A stretch of 64,000 nt of DNA from Eledone cirrhosa (GCA_964016885.1 OZ024740.1:17546001-17610000); one strand, 5' to 3'; counted from the stretch's first letter, positions 14,701 through 29,450 are shown. A program made the numbers and translations. Notes: generated by a model not told the origin, from the sequence alone.

Positions 14701-17700
14701 ACACCCTTATTCAACCATCATCATCAACAACAACACACCCTTATTCAACCATCATCATCAACAACACACCCTTATTCAACCATCATCAACAACAACACAC
14801 CCTTATTCAACCATCATCATCATCAACAACACACCCTTATTCAACCATCATCAACAACAACACACCCTTATTCAACCATCATCATCAACAACAACACACC
14901 CTTATTCAACCATCATCATCAACAACAACACACCCTTATTCAACCATCATCATCAACAACACACCCTTATTCAACCATCATCAACAACAACACACCCTTA
15001 TTCAACCATCATCAACAACAACACACCCTTATTCAACCATCATCAACAACAACACACCCTTATTCAACCATCATCATCAACAACAACACACCCTTATTCA
15101 ACCATCATCAACAACAACACACCCTTATTCAACCATCATCAACAACAACACACCCTTATTCAACCATCATCATCAACAACAACACACCCTTATTTATCAT
15201 CATCATCAACAACAACACACCCTTATTCAACCATCATCATCAACAACAACACACCCTTATTCAACCATCATCAACAACAACACACCCTTATTCAACCATC
15301 ATCATCAACAACAACACACCCTTATTCAACCATCATCATCAACAACAACACACCCTTATTCAACCATCATCATCAACAACACACCCTTATTCAACCATCA
15401 TCATCAACAACAACACACCCTTATTTATCATCATCATCAACAACAACACACCCTTATTCAACCATCATCATCAACAACAACACACCCTTATTCAACCATC
15501 ATCAACAACAACACACCCTTATTCAACCATCATCATCAACAACAACACACCCTTATTCAACCATCATCAACAACAACACACCCTTATTCAACCATCATCA
15601 TCAACAACAACACACCCTTATTTATCATCATCATCAACAACAACACACCCTTATTCAACCATCATCATCAACAACAACACACCCTTATTCAACCATCATC
15701 AACAACAACACACCCTTATTCAACCATCATCATCAACAACACACCCTTATTCAACCATCATCAACAACAACACACCCTTATTCAACCATCATCATCAACA
15801 ACAACACACCCTTATTCAACCATCATCAACAACAACACACCCTTATTCAACCATCATCAACAACAACACACCCTTATTCAACCATCATCAACAACAACAC
15901 ACCCTTATTCAACCATCATCAACAACAACAACACACCCTTATTCAACCATCATCAACAACAACACACCCTTATTCAACCATCATCATCAACAACAACACA
16001 CCCTTATTCAACCATCATCATCATCAACAACACACCCTTAGTCAACCATCATCATCAACAACAACACACCCTTATTCAACCATCATCATCATCAACAACA
16101 CACCCTTATTCAACCATCATCATCATCAACAACACACCCTTAGTCAACCATCATCATCAACAACAACACACCCTTATTCAACCATCATCATCATCAACAA
16201 CACACCCTTATTCAACCATCATCATCATCAACAACACACCCTTAGTCAACCATCATCATCAACAACAACACACCCTTATTCAACCATCATCATCAACAAC
16301 ACACCCTTATTCAACCATCATCATCATCAACAACACACCCTTAGTCAACCATCATCATCAACAACAACACACCCTTATTCAACCATCATCATCATCAACA
16401 ACACACCCTTATTCAACCATCATCATCATCAACAACACACCCTTAGTCAACCATCATCATCAACAACAACACACCCTTATTCAACCATCATCATCATCAA
16501 CAACACACCCTTATTCAACCATCATCATCATCAACAACACACCCTTAGTCAACCATCATCATCAACAACAACACACCCTTATTCAACCATCATCATCAAC
16601 AACACACCCTTATTCAACCATCATCATCATCAACAACACACCCTTAGTCAACCATCATCATCAACAACAACACACCCTTATTCAACCATCATCATCATCA
16701 ACAACACACCCTTATTCAACCATCATCATCATCAACAACACACCCTTAGTCAACCATCATCATCAACAACAACACACCCTTATTCAACCATCATCATCAT
16801 CAACAACACACCCTTATTCAACCATCATCATCATCAACAACACACCCTTAGTCAACCATCATCATCAACAACAACACACCCTTATTCAACCATCATCAAC
16901 AACAACACACCCTTATTCAACCATCATCATCAACAACAACACACCCTTATTTATCATCATCAACAACAACACACCCTTATTTATCATCATCATCAACAAC
17001 AACACACCCTTATTCAACCATCATCATCAACAACAACACACCCTTATTCAACCATCATCATCATCAACAACACACCCTTATTCAACCATCATCATCAACA
17101 ACAACACACCCTTATTCAACCATCATCATCAACAACAACACACCCTTATTCAACCATCATCATCAACAACAACACACCCTTATTCAACCATCATCATCAT
17201 CAACAACACACCCTTATTCAACCATCATCAACAACAACACACCCTTATTCAACCATCATCATCATCAACAACACACCCTTATTCAACCATCATCAACAAC
17301 AACACACCCTTATTCAACCATCATCATCATCAACAACACACCCTTATTCAACCATCATCAACAACAACACACCCTTATTCAACCATCATCATCATCAACA
17401 ACAACCCTTATTCAACCATCATCAACAACAACACACCCTTATTCAACCATCATCATCATCAACAACACACCCTTATTCAACCATCATCAACAACAACACA
17501 CCCTTATTCAACCATCATCAACAACAACACACCCTTATTCAACCATCATCATCAACAACAACACACCCTTATTCAACCATCATCAACAACAACACACCCT
17601 TATTCAACCATCATCATCATCAACAACACACCCTTATTCAACCATCATCATCATCAACAACACACCCTTATTCAACCATCATCAACAACAACACACCCTT

Positions 17701-18840
17701 ATTCAACCATCATCATCATCAACAACACACCCTTATTCAACCATCATCATCATCAACAACACACCCTTATTCAACCATCATCAACAACAACACACCCTTA
17801 TTCAACCATCATCATCATCAACAACACACCCTTATTCAACCATCATCATCATCAACAACACACCCTTATTCAACCATCATCAACAACAACACACCCTTAT
17901 TCAACCATCATCATCATCAACAACACACCCTTATTCAACCATCATCATCAACAACACACCCTTATTCAACCATCATCATCAACAACAACATACCCTTATT
18001 CAACCATCATCAACAACAACACACCCTTATTCAACCATCATCATCAACAACAACACACCCTTATTCAACCATCATCATCATCAACAACACACCCTTATTC
18101 AACCATCATCATCAACAACAACACACCCTTATTCAACCATCATCATCAACAACAACACACCCTTATTCAACCATCATCAACAACAACACACCCTTATTCA
18201 ACCATCATCATCAACAACACACCCTTATTCAACCATCATCATCAACAACAACACACCCTTATTCAACCATCATCATCATCAACAACACACCCTTATTCAA
18301 CCATCATCATCATCAACAACACACCCTTATTCAACCATCATCAACAACAACACACCCTTATTCAACCATCATCAATAACATACCCTTATTCAACCATCAT
18401 CATCAACAACAACACACCCTTATTCAACCATCATCATCAACAACAACACACCCTTATTCAACCATCATCATCAACAACAACACACCCTTATTCAACCATC
18501 ATCATCATCAACAACAACACACCCTTATTCAACCATCATCATCAACAACAACACACCCTTATTCAACCATCATCATCAACAACAACACACCCTTATTCAA
18601 CCATCATCATCAACAACAACACACCCTTATTCAGCCATCATCATCATCAACAACAACACACCCTTATTCAACCATCATCATCAACAACAACACACCCTTA
18701 TTCAACCATCATCATCAACAACAACACACCCTTATTCAACCATCATCATCAACAACAACACACCCTTATTCAACCATCATCATCATCAACAACAACACAC
18801 CCTTATTCAACCATCATCATAAACAACAACACACCATTAT
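11755..18840. repeat. ~7.1-kb minisatellite, ~27-37-bp units (CAA)nCACACCCTTATT(CAAC/TAT)(CAT)n
   Basis: Directly visible; about 220 units; top strand almost free of G. Confidence 0.98.
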
Positions 18841-19183
18841 TCTCCAACTTCTTATTGCATATCACCACATAACTGCTTTCAGAAAAAACAAGAAAAAAAA
18901 TTGTAACAGCTTTGTTTTTGCTTTTTTTTTTTTTGTCACTCTTTTCACTGTTTTAAAAGACAAAAAATATGAATTTTATATATATATTTTTTTTTAATTT
19001 TGGAGATGTAATATCTTCCATATTCTCTCTTATGACATCTCTGAATTGTCTTAACGAACTTTCATCCTCTTTGAATTCCAACCATCCACCATCACATTTA
19101 ATTTACAACCACATTCATTAATTAGTATGTAATTAATGAAAAACAAATGTTTATTTCTTTAAAGAAAGGGTTAGCAACAAGAA

Positions 19184-19995
19184 GGACATTGAAGAGTTCT
19201 CTGTAGGACATTGAAGAGTTCTCTGTAGGACATTGAGGTGTTCTCTGTAGGACATTGAGGAGTTCTCTGTAGGACATTGAGGTGTTCTCTGTAGGACATT
19301 GGGATGTTCTCTGTAGAACATTGAGGTGTTCTCTGTAGGCCTTGGACTTTATAAAATGTTTATATGTAAAATATAATATATTTGTAAGCCATGGGCAAAA
19401 TTTTAATTTTAAAAAATAATCAAAAGTGGGTTACTACAAATAAAAAAATAAGTTACTGATTCTGGTCTTGGCCAGGGTGTGAGGTGGCAACAAGAAGACT
19501 GGACTATTGCAATGTTCTCTGTGTATATGTAAGATATGATATAATATGTAAGACATGGCAAAACTAAAATAAATACTCAAAGGAAAACTAAAAAAAGTGG
19601 ACCATTACAAAAAAAGTTGTTGATCCCTGGTCAAGATAAAAGTTGTTGATCCCTGGTCAAGATAAAAGTTGTTGATCCCTGGTCAAGACAAAAGTTGTTG
19701 ATCCCTGGTCAAGACAAAAGTTGTTGAACTTTGGTTTAGACTAAATAAGTATCTGTAAACTACAGCATAATGACCGATATTGTCACCAAGAAAGCAACTC
19801 ATCTGGGAAAGAGATTTTTACTGTAATTAAGAAGCCATTTTTTTTTTTCGCTTTTCTTTCCTTTTACTAATTTCAGTGAATAGTTCATGGCCATGCTGAG
19901 GCACAGCCTTCAGTAAATGGTCCGTGGCCATTCTGGGGCACGACCTTCAGTAAATGGTTTGTGGCCATGCTTGGGAACAACCTTCGGTAAATGGT
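19184..19995. repeat. Three short tandem arrays (22 bp x7, 26 bp x4-5, ~39 bp x3)
   Basis: GGACATTGAGGTGTTCTCTGTA; AAAAGTTGTTGATCCCTGGTCAAGAY; GTGGCCAT..CCTTCAGTAAATGG. Confidence 0.9.
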
Positions 19996-20584
19996 ATCGA
20001 ACCCAACTTCCCAGTATTTTTGTCTAGTATTTGTTTTAGTTAAGAAATGAAATACAAAGTGGGTATCGATGTAATGGGGGAGATAACTAGATTGGACATG
20101 AATACTGCAAAGTTTTTTTGTTCCAATGTACTGAATGTTTGTTCATACCACACTTTATATAGATATACACACACACACACGTGTGTATATATATATATAT
20201 ATTCACCTATTTATATATATATATATATTCACCTATTTATATATACTTATAATGTGTGTGTGTGCTTTCTTTTTCATTCTTCTGTGTTTTGTATATCCAT
20301 CTGTTGGATAAACCAAGAATAATCCATGACAACTTTTTACAATATTTCTAACATGTCAACAAAGAGAAGCACAATACAAGGTGAAGAAGCTATGTCTCGT
20401 CATTCAATGTGCCAATAATTACATCTACATCCATTATAACCCATTAAATCCTCCCAAACCAAAATCAACTGATTCTTCTCATATTTTCATATTTCACTTT
20501 TCTGGGGTTTTTTCTATGTCTTTTAGAAATGTGAGCTTTAGCCAAAAATATAATGGCATATATGTTGTTAATTATTGCTTGCTG

Positions 20585-20640
<56 letters not shown>

Positions 20641-21286
20641 TTAATATAGAAATGGCTTCTACAGGACTACAGAACCCATTTCTATATTAAATAATTGATG
20701 TTTACTAATATATTGAGTACCTTTTTTAACTGTGATTACCCATGATTTAACTCGGGATATATATATGAGCTTCTACATACACTGTATTGTATGTTGGAGG
20801 ATGTTAAATTTCATATCAGCTTGGGTATGTTTGCTGCTAACTCTCTGTACCATTTTGTTTACCAACCAAAATAAGGCTAACTTTGTGGTGGGCGTGTCAG
20901 AGGGAATGTGAGGGAGATAATTATAAATCTAAAAGGTTATATATTTCTTTGATGTGGTGGTGGTGGTAGGGGGGGGGACATGCCCCCCCCCCCCCCCAAT
21001 TTGGTCAACTAGCCACACATCAAAGGATCTCCAAAGATGTATCCTAGAATAGCCTTAATAAAGTGCCACATCCTGTTATGGTATTGAGTACTCCTATTTA
21101 TTAAAATCAACAAACATGTAAAGTGATCTTCCTAGTATTCCTATTTAAAGTAACAAGTTTGAAGTATTGACTAATTTTTAAAGGTGCCATCATCGAAAGT
21201 TATGGTTTGTGCCTTTCTATAACACTAGTATGTTTGATCTCTCTGCCTCTTGCCACTATACAGTTTGGAAAACCATAGAGAGCAAC

Positions 21287-21460
21287 GGCAGTATCGGTAG
21301 AGGGTCGTACGCCATGCTTTCCAGCATAGTTACGTCCCTTTACGATCTGAGTTCAAATCCCGCCGAGGTTGACTTTGCCTTTCATCCTTACGGGGTCGAT
21401 AAAATAAAGTACCAGTAATGTACTGGGTAATTTCTGGCCTTGTGCCAATAGTAGAAACAA
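21287..21460 (+). mobile_element. SINE family A copy
   Basis: Near-identical to 366-522. Confidence 0.8.
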
Positions 21461-22507
21461 TTATTAAATCAATCCTAGTACATAACTGGTACTTATATAT
21501 ATATATATATATATAAACAAATTAACTCAGAGCTTTGAGACGCCAGTGTATTAGGATTCTCCGAAAAATGTGAAAACTCGGCGTATGGAAGCTGTTGGAA
21601 TAGCAAAATACCATCAAAGCGGCGTTGGGTAAAATATTACCTGGAAGTACAGAGATCAGAGATAGATGTGGGTTGACTCGAAGGAAGAGAAGATAGGAGG
21701 AAAAAGAATGGATTTCAAGTTAATTTGTTTATACCATAAAAGCTACTTTAACCTTCTAACGCGGATTGATATCATGCCTGAGGTGAGTTGTCTTTTCTTC
21801 TTCTGTCCACCGTGCTTTCATTCTTTCTTTGTCTCCCCTCTCTCTCACTGCTCCCTATCTTCCCCCTCTCCCTTCTACAGGCCAGCTCTATTTACGTCAA
21901 TATTCTTCCTTTCTCGTGATGACTTGAGGTTGATCAGACACACCCCATCTTGCTCTCTCTCTCTAATCTGTCCTAATGTAAACAATATATCTACGAAGAT
22001 ATTTGTTTCTCTCTTATGAGCCTCCTATTCCCTGCAGTAATCTCATTCATCGAAACTGCAGCAGATTGAGATCTGAACAGCATATTTTAATGTTTGTCAC
22101 CTCTTCACTTTCATCCATTCTTCTTCCTCATCCTATCTTCTCTCCCTTCCTTTCAGTCAACTCGCATTGAGCGCTGATCTCTGTCCTTCCAGGTAATATT
22201 TTACCCAACGCCACTTCAACGGTATTTTGCTGTTCTAACATCTTCCATACACCAAGTTTTCCCATTTTCCTGAGAATATATATATATATATAAAAATCTA
22301 AATATTCTAGGTCTGTGGGTAATCCACTGGCTGGACAGGGTGGTAAATAGAGCAGTGACAAGGTGTAGGTAAATATCCAGGTTCGAAATCTGTCTCTATC
22401 TGTACTCCTGAAGAAGGACTTAAGCCCGACACGTTGAACTTTCTTTCCTCTTTCCAATATAAAGTGTGAAACTAAAACATTTTGTACCTTTATTTGTTGC
22501 CTCCTTG

Positions 22508-22549
<42 letters not shown>

Positions 22550-22602
22550 CAGCGATGTATTTGTTTTACAAGGTTTTTGATATGAAACGATGTGTTGAAA
22601 CA

Positions 22603-22872
22603 GATATTGTTATATTTGAGGAGGGTCCTGTTGTCCTAATATTGCCAACAAATAGTAAAACACACTCACTGTTTGGTTTGGTTTTCATTTCAGTATATTT
22701 TTAATTATATTTTTAAATGTTGGTCAATCAATGATAAACATTGATTGCCAGTTAAATTATTTATAGAAATATAAAAATAAACTGAAGTGAAAACCAAAAC
22801 AAACAGTGAGTGTGTTTCACTATTTTTTGGCAATATTAGGACAACAGGACCCTCCCCAAATATAACAATATA
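22603..22872. mobile_element. Palindromic (fold-back) MITE-like element
   Basis: Long imperfect inverted arms centred on CAATCAATGATAAACATTGATTG; partial reversed copy at ~35865-36036. Confidence 0.75.
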
Positions 22873-23105
22873 TATACAGGAGTTGACATAAGTCTGAAGG
22901 CATGGGCAGGTTTAGAGAATTAAACTTGTATAAAATTTGACAATACACGCCTCTTTTCTTAAATATAAATGGTTTGCTAATACCGGTGACCCTTGTCCAC
23001 TGGCTGAAGCTGAGAATTCATTAAATTGAAGGTTTAGTGACCAAATACCTGAACACTTTCAGGTGTATATTAACATTTATTACATTGAAGGGCAACATTT
23101 ATGTA

Positions 23106-23162
<57 letters not shown>

Positions 23163-23165
<3 letters not shown>

Positions 23166-24412
23166 GGTGCAAATGATATTTGTTCGCAAGATTACTGTCT
23201 ATGAAAAAATAACACAGTAGTTTTATTTTTTAAGATTTATTTATCAAACTTGGGTCAGTTTGTCTTCATGACTTGTTCTTTCAATCTCACTTGATAAACC
23301 TGCCATTGGCTTTGATGACGGAACTGGCTACAGGCCTTCGTCACTGTCCCCTGACTTAGGCCCCTAAAGGCACTTGAGATCCTGGCCTTCAGATCGTCTT
23401 TCGTATTGCAGCTAGATCTGTTGGTGTCTTGTTCCACTGTGCCCCACACAGAGAAGTCGAGGGGGTTGCAGTCAGGCCAGATGTCAGGTGAAGTGTGGTC
23501 GATGAAGTTCTCTGACAGCCAGGCTTGGGTCTTTCGGCTGGTATGGCAGGGCGCTGAGTCTTGCTACCACACGTACGGCCTACCTGGAGCTACCTGGTCA
23601 ATCCAGGGCTTTACTACCTCGCTCAGAACGCGGATGTAGCCATCGGTGTTCAGCTTGAGGCCCTCAGGGAAGAAGTGAGGTGGCATGACGTCACCTTGAC
23701 TGCTGACGACACCTAAGACCAATGTTGTCGTTGGAAACTTTGTTTGCATGACTCTGGGCACATCTTTGGATGTGACAGCGAGCCACCTGTTGTTCTGGGA
23801 GTTGATCTTCTGGTCTTGGCAGAAGTTTTTCTCGTCGGAGAAAAACCACAGCATGTCTGGCTCCAGTGGGTGTTTCAACTTGTTGATCAGCCTCTTTGCG
23901 TGCTTCAGTCGCTTTTTTTGCATCGCCTTTGACAGAAATTGTCCTTTCCTCATCTTGTATGAAATGTAGCGAATGTCTTCATGTACCACCAGCCTAATGA
24001 GCTTTTCATCCACACCTTTCTCCCTTGCAAAGGCACGCATCGACTTGCTAGGTTCATTGTTGATGATATCCTGAACTTCAGCGACGAACTCGGGCGTTCT
24101 GAAAGCGTCAGATCGTCGATCATGTGTTTTCCTCTCTGATGTTGCTTCGTAGTCGAATCCTCCAATTCCTTTCTGACCTTTTCCACGATTCTCCTGCTGA
24201 CGCTGAGAAAGTCTGAATTTCCTTATTTGTCCTCCTGGCGTGGACTCCAAGAAGAACTTTGGAGGTTCAAAATTATTCATAATCAATTATTCTGAAAATA
24301 AATAATGGAAATAATGGAAATAAATAATGAAGACAAGAGTGACAACGGAAGTAAAAAAAATTTGCATAAAATTAGCAGTTGAAAATTGCGAACAAATATC
24401 ATCCGCACCCTG
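23163..24412 (-). mobile_element. Tc1/mariner DNA transposon, DD37D (maT/Bmmar1-like) type, inactivated
   Basis: 27-bp TIRs CAGGGTGCAAATGATATTTGTTCGCAA (2 mismatches) flanked by TA; transposase motifs WFFSDEKNF, VW*QDSAPCH, WPDCNPLDFSVWG; premature TAG and apparent 12-bp deletion. Confidence 0.92.
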
Positions 24413-24433
24413 TATATCATCATTTCATCATCA

Positions 24434-24756
24434 TCATTTCATTTTACGTCCGCTTTTCCCTGCTTGCAAGGGTGGGACGGGAACTGATCCTGGCTTGATT
24501 TCTACAGCTGGATGCCCTTCCTAACACCAACCTCATTTACAGTGAGTGCTGGGTGCTTTTTTGCCGTGGCACCTCCACGACCACTTTGCAGTGGAATGAT
24601 AGGGACCCCAGTCCCTACCATCTCATTTCTACAGCTGAGTAAACTGGAGCAATGTGAAATAAAGTGTCTTGCTCAAGGAAACAACACATCACCCGGTCTG
24701 AGAATTGAACTCACAACCTTTCGTTTGCAAGGCCAATGCTCAAACCACTAAGCCAT
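24434..24756 (-). mobile_element. SINE family B (tRNA-like head, CORE/Meta-like centre, RTE-derived tail)
   Basis: Head TGGCTTAGTGGT...GAGTTCAATTC, centre CCTTGAGCAAGACACTT, tail shared with the RTE 3' UTR, (GAT)n end. Confidence 0.8.
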
Positions 24757-25204
24757 ATTATGCATATATCATCATCATCACCATTTTACGTCCGTTCTTC
24801 CATGTTAGCATGGGTTAGACGGGTTGTCCTGTTGTGGGCAGTGTCTGGTTGGCTGACCATGCCTTGCTCATACAGGAACTGATTTTGGCTTGATTTCTAC
24901 AGCTGGATGCCCTTCCTAACACCAACCTCATTTACAGTGAGTGCTGGGTGCTTTTTCCGTGGCGCCTACACATCCACTTTACAGTGTGGGCTGGGTGCTT
25001 TTTTGCCGTGGCACCTCCACGACCACCTTGCGGTGGGAGGGTGTGGGGGCATATTGTCTATATGCTTCAGCTTGTACCCATGGGAGGTCGGTATTAAATT
25101 CTGTGTAATTTTAAATTACAATTTGAATATTTAATGTAATTTAAAATAATAAATAGAACATTTAATAAGGCCTGACTTTTTGTACACTGTGTATACATGT
25201 AGAT

Positions 25205-25870
25205 CATCATCATTATATGGCATTTGTCATTTCCTGTGAGGTATTCCTCAGATCAGCTTTCATCACTTCTTTCCAGAGCCTTCTTAGTTTTACACTCCCA
25301 AAGGTTCCTTTGACTTGGATAACTTGGCATGTCCTCATCCAACTGTCATTCATATACATCACATGTCTATACCAGCACAGTCTTAGCTCTTGCACACTAG
25401 AGTTGATTATATATATATATCATCGTTTTTACGTCTGCTTTTCTATGCGTTCATGGGTTGGTCCTTCTCAACACAGCATCTCTCCTCTTGTCGCATTCCT
25501 CCATCATCTCCTCTTCCAGTCTTAGTGATTTGAGGTCAGCTTTTACAACCTCTGCCCAGGTCTTTCTTGGTTTTCCTCTACTGTGGCTTCCTTCCATTTC
25601 TTCACCCATCAGTCATTGTCCATGTGCATCACATGTCCATACCAATGCAGTCTTCTCTCCTGCACACCATCTCGGATTCCTCTTAAACCCAGCTTCTCCC
25701 TCAGCTCATCCAAGCTCTGCCTTTCTCTCACATTTACATTGCACATCCAACAAAACATGGTTGCTTCATTTCTTTCCAGTCTATGTATGTCCTCTGCAGT
25801 CACAGCCCATGTTTCACTACCATGCAACATCGCGCACTGCACACGGGTGTCATACAACCATCCTTTTGTA
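25205..25870 (-). mobile_element. Two degraded RTE 3' fragments
   Basis: MLHGSETWAVTAEDIHRLERNE...RRLHWYGHVMHM and LCWYRHVM...WKEVMKADL. Confidence 0.8.
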
Positions 25871-25926
25871 CGTAGGGAGAAATATATATATATATCATCA
25901 TTGCCATCATTATTATTTTATGATCA

Positions 25927-26145
25927 AGGGCGGTGGATTGGCAGTATCGGTAGAGGGTCGGACGCTATGCTTTGCAGCATTGAGTTACGGCCGGCCCTTT
26001 ATGATCTGAGTTCAAATCCCGCTGAGGTTAACTTTGCCTTTCATCCTTACTGGGTCGATAAAATAAAGTACCAGTAACACACTGGGGTCGATTTAATCGA
26101 CTTTCCTTTTCCCCAAAATTGTTGGCCTTGTGCCTAAATGAGAAA
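25927..26145 (+). mobile_element. SINE family A copy (long form)
   Basis: Full head, core and tail. Confidence 0.8.
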
Positions 26146-28039
26146 CTATTATTATTTTATGATCAGTTTCTGTGCTGGCATGGGTTGTCACAGTTCAAGT
26201 CAGTCTTTATTCAGAGTTACTGTCATTCTTTATTTATCAGGGACCATATGTTCCCTCTCTTGGCTGGGTGTCATTCCTAACATCTACCACTTTGCAGAGT
26301 GTATTGGGTATATTTTATCATGGCACTAGCACAAGTGAGGTTGACATAACCTTCGTATGACTGAAGGGTCCTGTTGACCCTACATTTATTTGCCAACCAA
26401 TTTACAGTGTGTTCTGGGTGTATTTTATTGGGACACTAGCATCAGTGAAGTTGCAAGACTAAACAGTTCTTGCAACTCTACATTGTTTCTATTTAATCAA
26501 GGCAACTTGACCGAGATTTATGTGTGTGTGTGTAAGAAAATAATCCCTTCCTTTCATTATCCAGGTTACAAACTGAATTTGTAACTGTTAAGGGCTCAAT
26601 TTCCTCTTCTCACCTTCATTTCTTAATGAATCCTATTATCCTAAGTATATCTTTACATTGTTATTTTATTTCAAAGTTGATATAACTTGTTCATTTACAA
26701 TAGGAGTGTGGCAGCATTATAGAACCATGGTCTAATTACAAATTTATCTGAACCTGTTGGGGCAGGATGTGTTGAGAAATATGAACCTTAATTTTGAAAA
26801 TCATATGCATTCATCATCATCATTTTAACTCCACTTTCCCCCGTTATCAAGGGTTGGACGGGTCTATATAGACCAAGTCAGTACTGAAGCGGTGACTCCT
26901 GATCATCTTGTTTATGTATGGTCTCAGTTCTACCAAGTACACAGGGGAAGTTGTCATGTCTTTGACACAACTGAAAGTCCTTCCAACCCTTTGTTTGGCT
27001 GGATTCCCTTCCTGCCACCAACCATTTTACAGCATGTACTGGGTGTTTATTGTTTAGATCACCAACACTAGAGAGGGTGTCATGTCCTTGACATGACTAA
27101 AGGGTCCCCCCTACCCTTTGTCTGGCAAGCTTTTTACCACTTTATGCCCTTCCTATCACCAATCACTTTACAGCATGTACAGGGTGTGTTTATCGTGTAG
27201 ATCACCAAACATTAGGGAGGCTGTTACACCTTGACATGACAGAAGGGTCCTCCCAACCCTTTTTTTAGATCCCCAAAGTGAGACCAGCCAAGCTCATGGA
27301 TGTTATCCAACCATCTTGCTTAGGGTCTCCTGCTGGTTGGTTTTGCCTGTAAAATCTGTCCAGCAATTATTTCCTGAGACATTCTAACCACTTGTCCACA
27401 GTATCAGAGCTGTGATCTCTCAATTCAGAGAAGTAGCATCTCTACCTGGAGTGACTCTCTAATCTCCGAGCTACACACTCTATGAAGTAACATTACTCCA
27501 AAGACCCTTCAGAGGAATCCCATTTCAGCTGCTTCTATTCGTAATCGTATTCTTTTTGAAAATAATCAAGAATAGTGAAAGATTTTTTTCTCTTATTTCA
27601 TAAGTTTTTATATAAAACTATGATGGAAGATTTTAGATAAACTGTTTGAAATCAACAGTTTTGTATCATGGAACAAGGCCCAGTTTCAGGCAGTTTATAT
27701 CAAAAGTGTTAAGGTGTTGGTCTCCTAATCATAAGGTCATATGTTCAGTCCTTGAGCCATACACAAAAAATTAAAATACACAGCAAACCCCCCAATTCTA
27801 CATATCAAAGATAGCTTGGCACAAGTAATTGAAAGTTATACATACAGGTATTAAATTCAAAAATGCTAACCATCCTAAAACTAAAAAACCCAACTGAGGT
27901 CACAAATAGATTGGTACGGGTGTGGCTGGGTGTGTGCAGCATAAACGGCTCTTAGCATAATACCACATGATAAAAACAACAAAAGGGTACATAGACATCA
28001 TATAAACTGATATACTCCTAAACAAGACACACACACACT

Positions 28040-29450
28040 GAATGGCTTGTGGGAGCTATACAAGCCATGTATAAAGAAACAGTCAGCAAGGTTAGAATTA
28101 ACAACGAATATAGTGAAGAGTTTAGCGTAAAAGTTGGTGTTCATCAGGGCTCCGTTCTTAGCCCCCTCCTATTTATTATTGATTATTGCCCTTCAGGCTA
28201 TAATAGAGGACTTCAAGACCGGCTGCCCATGGGAACTCCTATACGCAGATGATCTAACTCTTATAGCTGAATTAATGGCTGAACTAGAGAAGAAATTCCA
28301 AACATGGAAGCATGGCCTAGAATCAAAAAGCCTTAAAATTAACCTGTCTAAGACTAAAGTTCTAGTATGTAGGAAGGAAAATAGGGCACTGGTCCCATCT
28401 GGGAAATGGCCATGCTCAGTGTGTAGGAAAGGAGTAGGCAGAAACTCCATTTTATGTCCCAAATGCAAAGTATCGGTGCATAAAAGATGTAGTGGGATCA
28501 CAGGTAAGCTAACTAAGAATATAGATTTTATATGTGGCCGGTGCTCAGGTACACTAAATAGCAGCAAATGCCCACAGAATACTACCTCATTCCATTGCAC
28601 AGATGGTTCTATAGAAATAGTGGACACCTTCCGTTACCTGGGTGACAAAATCAGCAGTGGTGGAGGGTGCTCTGAAAGTACAGTAGCTAGAGTCAGAACG
28701 GGATGGAAAAAGTTCAGAGAGCTTATACCACTATTGGCCGCTAAAGGTTTCTCTCTAAAAATGAAAGGCAAGCTGTATGATGCCTGCATACGAACAACAA
28801 TGTTACATGGCAGTGAGACTTGGGCATTGTGTGCAGAGGTTATACGCAGACTGGAGAGGAACGAAGCTTGCATGCTCCGTTGGATGTGTAATAGTAATAT
28901 ACGTGAACAGCAAAGCATAAATGAACTAAGTGAGAAATTAGGAATAAGAGGGATCAGATGCTGTTTACTCGAGAGAAGACTACGTTGGTATGGTCACGTG
29001 ATGCGCATGAAAGACAACAGCTGTATAAAAAAGTGCAGGGCGATCAAAATAGACAGTAGCCACGGAGTAGGCAGACCCAGAAAAACCTGGGACGACTTGA
29101 TAAATTCCGACCTCACACACTTACACCTCTCCAAGACAATGTCACTGGACCGAGATCTTTGGCGCTACGCAGTAATACAGAAGACCCACCTTGCCTAAGT
29201 ACAAAGCGAAACCTAGAGTCAGTAGGCATCTCTTAACAAAAATACACCCCCGTCCCACACCATCCCTTTCGATGTAAAGTTATGTTGGTACCACAGCATC
29301 CAGTCCTAAATAAATGAGGTCGTGTAGGTGTCATGACAAAAAAACACGCAGTCCACGCTGTAATGTGGCCGTGTAGGTAACACGGTAAAAACCTCCCAGT
29401 CCACACTGTAAACGTGGTTGGTGTTAGGAAGGGCATCCAGCTGTAGAAAA
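28040..29450 (+). mobile_element. 5'-truncated RTE-clade LINE: RT C-terminal half with PHD-like Cys/His finger, plus 3' UTR
   Basis: VHQGSVLSPLLF, ELLYADDL, FRYLGD, MLHGSETW, RRLRWYGHVMRM, GRPRKTW; frameshift near 28180. Confidence 0.93.

Noticed and set aside
24512-24751. Recurrent 79-aa ORF MPFLTPTSFTVSAGCFF (also at 40748, 51764, 57643)
   Set aside because: Antisense reading of SINE family B, not a gene family
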